A DNA stretch of 64,000 nt from NCBI GenBank assembly GCA_001817505.1, contig MHIM01000034.1, forward strand, positions 51,005 through 115,004, written 5' to 3'. The notes beneath the pieces are model-generated. The model did no database searches. It saw nothing but the letters and a program-made list of their open reading frames with translations, and was not told where the DNA came from. This stretch comes from Candidatus Buchananbacteria bacterium RIFCSPLOWO2_01_FULL_39_33 (GTDB lineage Bacteria; Patescibacteriota; Patescibacteriia; 2-01-FULL-39-33). Shown piece after piece: positions 59,432-64,000 of this stretch. Position numbers and translations under genes: made by a program. How positions within the stretch are numbered: the first letter of the stretch is position 1; every line of letters begins with the position of its first letter.

Positions 59432-60679
59432 ATGAATTTTTTGCCAGTACAATTAGCTTGGAAATCGCTTCGAGTCCATCGGGGCCGGACTTTTTTGACG
59501 GTTTTAGGAATTATTATCGGCATTTCAGCGGTGATTATTGTAATGTCGGCCGGCGAGAGCCTTAAAAGTTTGGTTTTAAGCGAGTTTGAGTCATTTGGCA
59601 CCGACTTTATCCAGGTGGAAATTAAAGTGCCAACGGCTAAAAAAAATTCCGTGGCTAATGCCGGCGGCTTAGCCCAAGGCATTCAAATAACCACTTTAAA
59701 AAACCAGGATGCTGAAGATATCGGCCGACTTAATAATGTTAAAAATTATGGCGGCGGCCTGATGGGCCAGGCTGTCATCTCTTATCTTAATGAGAATAAG
59801 GTTATCAATTATTTGGGCAGTTCAGCTACTACTTTAGAAATAATGGGAATTGAAATTGAACGCGGCCGATCTTACAGCGCTGAAGACGACGATCAATTAG
59901 CCAAAACGGTTATTATCGGGTCAAAAGTCGCCACTGACTTGTTCGGCAATGATGACCCTTTAGGCAAAAGTATTAAAATCGGCAAAATCAGATTTCGCGT
60001 TATCGGCGTAGCCAAGGAAAAGGGGATGAGCTTCGGTTTAAATTATGATGAAATGGTTTATCTGCCCCTGCAAACTGCCCAAAAGCTTTTAATGGGCATT
60101 GATTACCTGATGTTTATCACTGTCAGAGTTTTTGATACCAAGGCCATAGAAGCCACTGCCAGCGAAATAGAGAACTTATTAAGGACCAATCATGAAATTA
60201 CCGAGGCCAAGGATGATGATTTCGCAGTGACAACAGCCACTGAGGCCTTGGCTATGATTAACACGGTTTTTGGCGGCCTGACGCTACTACTAGTGGCTAT
60301 TGCCGGCATCTCGCTTTTAGTCGGCGGCGTAGGCATTATGAATATTATGTATGTTTCAGTCACCGAAAGGACATTTGAAATCGGTTTGAGAAAATCATTG
60401 GGCGCCAAGAAAAAACAGATTTTATGGCAATTCTTGTGGGAGGCGATAGTCGTGACCATGTTTGGCGGCCTGATCGGCATTATTATCGGAGTGACTATTA
60501 CTTTCTTAATCAGTTTCATCGCTGCTCAAATCGGTTTTTCTTGGGATTTTGTTTTGCCACCGCAATCTGTTATAATAGCTTTCTTATTTTCTACAATGGT
60601 CGGGCTTATTTTTGGTTATTACCCGGCGCAGAAAGCCGCCGCTCTGGATCCTATTGCCGCTCTTAGGTATGAAAAATAA
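59432..60679 (+). CDS. MacB-like ABC permease 2
   Basis: RTFLTVLGIIIG, GGVGIMNIM, ERTFEIGLRKSLGA, DPIAALRYE. Confidence 0.93.
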   Translation: MNFLPVQLAWKSLRVHRGRTFLTVLGIIIGISAVIIVMSAGESLKSLVLSEFESFGTDFIQVEIKVPTAKKNSVANAGGLAQGIQITTLKNQDAEDIGRLNNVKNYGGGLMGQAVISYLNENKVINYLGSSATTLEIMGIEIERGRSYSAEDDDQLAKTVIIGSKVATDLFGNDDPLGKSIKIGKIRFRVIGVAKEKGMSFGLNYDEMVYLPLQTAQKLLMGIDYLMFITVRVFDTKAIEATASEIENLLRTNHEITEAKDDDFAVTTATEALAMINTVFGGLTLLLVAIAGISLLVGGVGIMNIMYVSVTERTFEIGLRKSLGAKKKQILWQFLWEAIVVTMFGGLIGIIIGVTITFLISFIAAQIGFSWDFVLPPQSVIIAFLFSTMVGLIFGYYPAQKAAALDPIAALRYEK

Positions 60680-60722
60680 TTAGATAGTAGATTGTAGTAT
60701 TTAATAATCTAACAAGCTAAAT

Positions 60723-61886
60723 ATGCTGCCAATTCAGCCCTTATCAATTTTTAAGAGAACCGATTGGTTGCTTTCAACAGTTATTATTTTACTAGCTGTG
60801 TTTGGTTTAGCGGCTATTTATAGCATAGCTTTAAGCCAGAATTTAGGCTTAACTGATTTATCAGCGTCAGCCGGGGAGATGACGGGTGAATTTTTAAATT
60901 TTAAAAAACAACTGGCTTGGCTGATAATCGGTCTGGCGCTGATGTTCTTTTTTGCTAATTTTGATTATCATTATCTTCAAAAAGTAAGTTGGTTGGGCTA
61001 TTTATTATCTCTAATTCTGCTGGTTTTGGTTTTAACGCCGCTGGGCTCCACTCTTCGTGGCACCCGGGGCTGGTTTTCTTTTGGTCCTTTAACTTTTCAA
61101 CCAGTTGAATTAACTAAAGTTTTTTTGATAATAGTTTTGGCTGATATTTATTGTCGCTGGTCTCGGATTATAAACCAGTTCAAACATCTTCTTTTAATCG
61201 GCCTGGTGGTTTTTATACCGTTTGTTCTAACTCTAATTCAGCCGGATTTCGGTTCAGCTATGGTTTTATTTTTTACCTGGCTGATTTCCTTTTTTTTAGT
61301 GACTAAAAATAAATGGCATTTGGTTTTTATTCTTAGCTCAATTATCTTGTTATTTTTGACATCTTGGTTTTTTGTTTTTGCCGATTATCAAAAAGACAGG
61401 ATTAGAACTTTTGTCAATCCGGCGCTGGATCCTTTAGGTAGTGGTTATAATGTTCAACAGTCAATTATTGCTGTGGGCGCCGGCCGACTGGCCGGCCGAG
61501 GTCTGGGCTTTGGTTCGCAGAGCCAATTAAAATTCATACCGGAAAGCCAAACCGATTTTATTTTTTCGGTCATAGCCGAAGAATTGGGATTTATCGGAGT
61601 AATAATGGTTCTCGGTTTTTTTGTTTTTTTGTTTTATCGGCTTTATAAAATAGCCCTGACTGCCCCTGATGATTTCGGTCTGTTTTTAGTTATTTTGGTA
61701 GCGATATTGATATTTATCCAGGTCTTTATTAACATCGGCATGAATATCGGACTTTTGCCGGTTACTGGTATTTCTTTACCTTTTGTTTCTTATGGCGGCA
61801 GTTTTATAATTGTTATGCTAATCTTGGTCGGTTTGGTGATGAATGTTTATAAATCAGGTCTGATATCCAGAAGGCAGAAAATCTGA
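60723..61886 (+). CDS. rodA: Rod shape-determining protein RodA (SEDS family)
   Basis: FQPVE, QPDFGS, GYNVQQS, PESQTDFIF, TGISLPFVSYGGS. Confidence 0.9.
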   Translation: MLPIQPLSIFKRTDWLLSTVIILLAVFGLAAIYSIALSQNLGLTDLSASAGEMTGEFLNFKKQLAWLIIGLALMFFFANFDYHYLQKVSWLGYLLSLILLVLVLTPLGSTLRGTRGWFSFGPLTFQPVELTKVFLIIVLADIYCRWSRIINQFKHLLLIGLVVFIPFVLTLIQPDFGSAMVLFFTWLISFFLVTKNKWHLVFILSSIILLFLTSWFFVFADYQKDRIRTFVNPALDPLGSGYNVQQSIIAVGAGRLAGRGLGFGSQSQLKFIPESQTDFIFSVIAEELGFIGVIMVLGFFVFLFYRLYKIALTAPDDFGLFLVILVAILIFIQVFINIGMNIGLLPVTGISLPFVSYGGSFIIVMLILVGLVMNVYKSGLISRRQKI

Positions 61887-61908
61887 ATTTGCTTTACCGC
61901 CATTTAAT

Positions 61909-62280
61909 GTGTTATTATATAAACAAAATATGCATGATATTATACCGCCCAACAACCGCCCGCCGTCGGAAGAGGGTTTGAAAATGATCAGCCATTGTCC
62001 GGTTTGCCATTACAGCAATACAGCTATTGAGGCCAAAATTATTGAGGAAAACGACAATGCTCATCTGATTTACATCAAATGCCGAAGATGCCAGTCGGCG
62101 GTTTTAGCGCTTTTTTCAGCCAGTGGTTTTGGCCTTAGTTCTATTGGAATAATCACTGATTTTGACAGCCAGGAAATCGCCAAATTCAAAGAATTATCCA
62201 AGGTAGACAGTGATGATGTCCTTTTGGTTTATCAGCATTTGTTGAAAGATGAACAACTTATTGAAACCATGTCATTTTAG
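61909..62280 (+). CDS. Hypothetical Zn-ribbon protein
   Basis: CPVC and CRRC pairs; true start may be ATG 61930. Confidence 0.7.
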   Translation: MLLYKQNMHDIIPPNNRPPSEEGLKMISHCPVCHYSNTAIEAKIIEENDNAHLIYIKCRRCQSAVLALFSASGFGLSSIGIITDFDSQEIAKFKELSKVDSDDVLLVYQHLLKDEQLIETMSF

Positions 62281-62389
62281 GTTTAAAGTTGTAATGATTG
62301 TTAAACAGCGGTCAAACCGCCTGGGTCTTGACTTCTTTGCTTTTTAGGACTAAATTAAAATGAACTTAAAGTTAATCAATTATTGAATT

Positions 62390-63049
62390 ATGACTCTTAA
62401 ATTAAAGGCGCAGATTAGGGATTTATTGGGTAAAAAAGTCAGAGCTGTCAGGCAAGACGGCAAAATTCCAGCGGTTGTCTACGGCCATGGAATGCCGAAT
62501 AAGAATTTAGAATTGGTTTATCATGATTTTGATAAAGTTTTCAAAGAGGGCGGAGAAAGCACTATTATTGATTTGGCTATTGATGGCCAGCCAACAGCCA
62601 AAGTGATTATTTCTGACGTGCAAGCTGATCCGGTGAGCGGCCGCTATCATCATGTTGATTTCCATCAAATTAAAATGGATGAAAAAATCCATGCCACTGT
62701 TGAATTGAAATTTGTCGGCGAGGCCAAAGCGGTGAAAGAATTTGATGGCGTCTTGGTTCACAATATCAGCGAATTGGAAATCAAATGTTTGCCGGCCGAC
62801 TTAGTGGGAGAAATTGAAGTTGATGTTTCGCAATTAGACACCTTTGACGAGGTGGTAACCATTAGTGATTTGAATATTTCCAAAGATATTGAAATTATCG
62901 GCCATGAGCCGGCTGATGTGGTGGCTATTGTGGCTCGGCCTAGAGAAGAAGAGAAAGAGGAAGTAGCCGCTGAACAACCGGCCGCTGAAGCTACTGCCGC
63001 TGCCGGTGGAGAAAAAGCCGAAGAAGAACGGGAATCGGAAACCAAATAA
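62390..63049 (+). CDS. rplY: 50S ribosomal protein L25/Ctc
   Basis: GKIPAVVYGHG, HVDFH, acidic tail. Confidence 0.95.
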   Translation: MTLKLKAQIRDLLGKKVRAVRQDGKIPAVVYGHGMPNKNLELVYHDFDKVFKEGGESTIIDLAIDGQPTAKVIISDVQADPVSGRYHHVDFHQIKMDEKIHATVELKFVGEAKAVKEFDGVLVHNISELEIKCLPADLVGEIEVDVSQLDTFDEVVTISDLNISKDIEIIGHEPADVVAIVARPREEEKEEVAAEQPAAEATAAAGGEKAEEERESETK

Positions 63050-63051
63050 AA

Positions 63052-64000
63052 ATGAAAGAATCGGTCAAGATCCAAATAGCAATAGCCGCCTGGCTTTTAA
63101 TAATGGGCGGCTTTTTTGCTTATTTTATTTGTTACCAGGTTTTTAATAATTTAGATTCAGTTCCGGCTAACCAAGAAATAGTCAATGAAGAAATTTTTTA
63201 CAGCCAATTAAATGGTTTAGAAGTTGATAAAGATAATAAAGATTTTTTGCCGGCGGCAGTCATGATAGAAAACCATATTGAATCCCGACCGCCGTCAGGT
63301 TTGGCCCAGGCCAAGATTGTTTATGAAATTTTAACCGAAGCGACTATTACTAGATTTCTGGCGATTTATGATTTGTCGGAGAATTTGGAGAAAATTGGAC
63401 CGGTTAGGTCGACCCGGCCTTATTTTATTGATTTGGCTTTGGAATACGGAGCGCTTTATGCTCATTCCGGCGGCAGTCCGGCAGCGCTTGAGCGCTTAAA
63501 AGATGACGATTCAATTTCTAATCTTGATGAATTTTTTGGCTATAATTCCGGTTATTTTTGGCGCGACAACCAAAGATCAGCGCCGCATAATCTTTATACC
63601 TCTTCTTTATTGTTATCAAAGGCCAAAGACAATTATCAATTCCAGGACAAATCGGATTTTATTTCTTGGAAATTTAAAGATGGCTGGTCAGCCGGCCAGG
63701 ACGGTTCAGAAATTAAAATAAATTATTCCCCGACTCTTTCTTATCAAGTGGTCTGGAAATATCTAAAAAGTTCCAATAAGTATGAGCGTTGGCAAGCCAA
63801 CAAGCGCCATATTGATGAAGAGGGGAATATTATTGAGGCCGATAATGTGATTATCCAGTCTACTAAAACCCAAACTTTGGATGAAATTGGGCGAAAAGAC
63901 ATTGATTTAATAGGCGAAGGCCAAGCGCTGATTTTTCGCGACGGTTTAGCTATAAAAGGCCAGTGGTCTAAAGACAGCGTTACAACTCGAACTATTTTTT
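63052..64000 (+). CDS. DUF3048 (YerB-like) membrane-anchored protein, truncated by the window end, not in the ORF track
   Basis: ATG 63052, TM, then AVMIENH..SRPPSGL..A.IVYE...EATITRFLAIY, IGPVRSTRPYF, HSGGS, RSAPHNLY. Confidence 0.85.
   Translation, partial: MKESVKIQIAIAAWLLIMGGFFAYFICYQVFNNLDSVPANQEIVNEEIFYSQLNGLEVDKDNKDFLPAAVMIENHIESRPPSGLAQAKIVYEILTEATITRFLAIYDLSENLEKIGPVRSTRPYFIDLALEYGALYAHSGGSPAALERLKDDDSISNLDEFFGYNSGYFWRDNQRSAPHNLYTSSLLLSKAKDNYQFQDKSDFISWKFKDGWSAGQDGSEIKINYSPTLSYQVVWKYLKSSNKYERWQANKRHIDEEGNIIEADNVIIQSTKTQTLDEIGRKDIDLIGEGQALIFRDGLAIKGQWSKDSVTTRTIF

Noticed and set aside
60850-60880. Possible palindrome-derived insert in the first RodA loop (TDLSASAGE)
   Set aside because: No clear inverted repeat remains, so it cannot be supported without an ortholog alignment.

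Overview
Low-GC bacterial chromosomal window, standard genetic code. Gene content (short ProRS, DUF4012, DUF3048, two gpmI, two mreB, VirD4-like ATPase) suggests a Patescibacteria/CPR (Parcubacteria-like) genome; this is inference. Most of it is housekeeping: dnaX, holB, frr, rseP, proS, mreBCD-mrdA, greA, gyrB, CIRCE-hrcA-grpE-hsp20-dnaK-dnaJ, a MacAB-type transporter, rodA, rplY, tRNA-Gln and tRNA-Glu. The accessory layer has five main parts. (1) A diversity-generating retroelement (DGR) with no reverse transcriptase in the window: target gene 28389-29000, template repeat 29345-29455, an antisense 3' stub of an avd-like gene, and a remote paralogous target at 53970-54539. Both targets share conserved, co-varying 5' leaders and 3' hairpins. 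(2) A four-helix-bundle gene bracketed by 25-bp AT-rich heptameric inverted repeats, with near-identical gene-less copies at other operon junctions. (3) Several small GC-rich palindrome families that nest in each other and occur in frame inside genes. (4) A SipW/TasA-like fibre locus. (5) A small tRNA-Gln-linked island. All counts are from manual alignment; no database searches were run.
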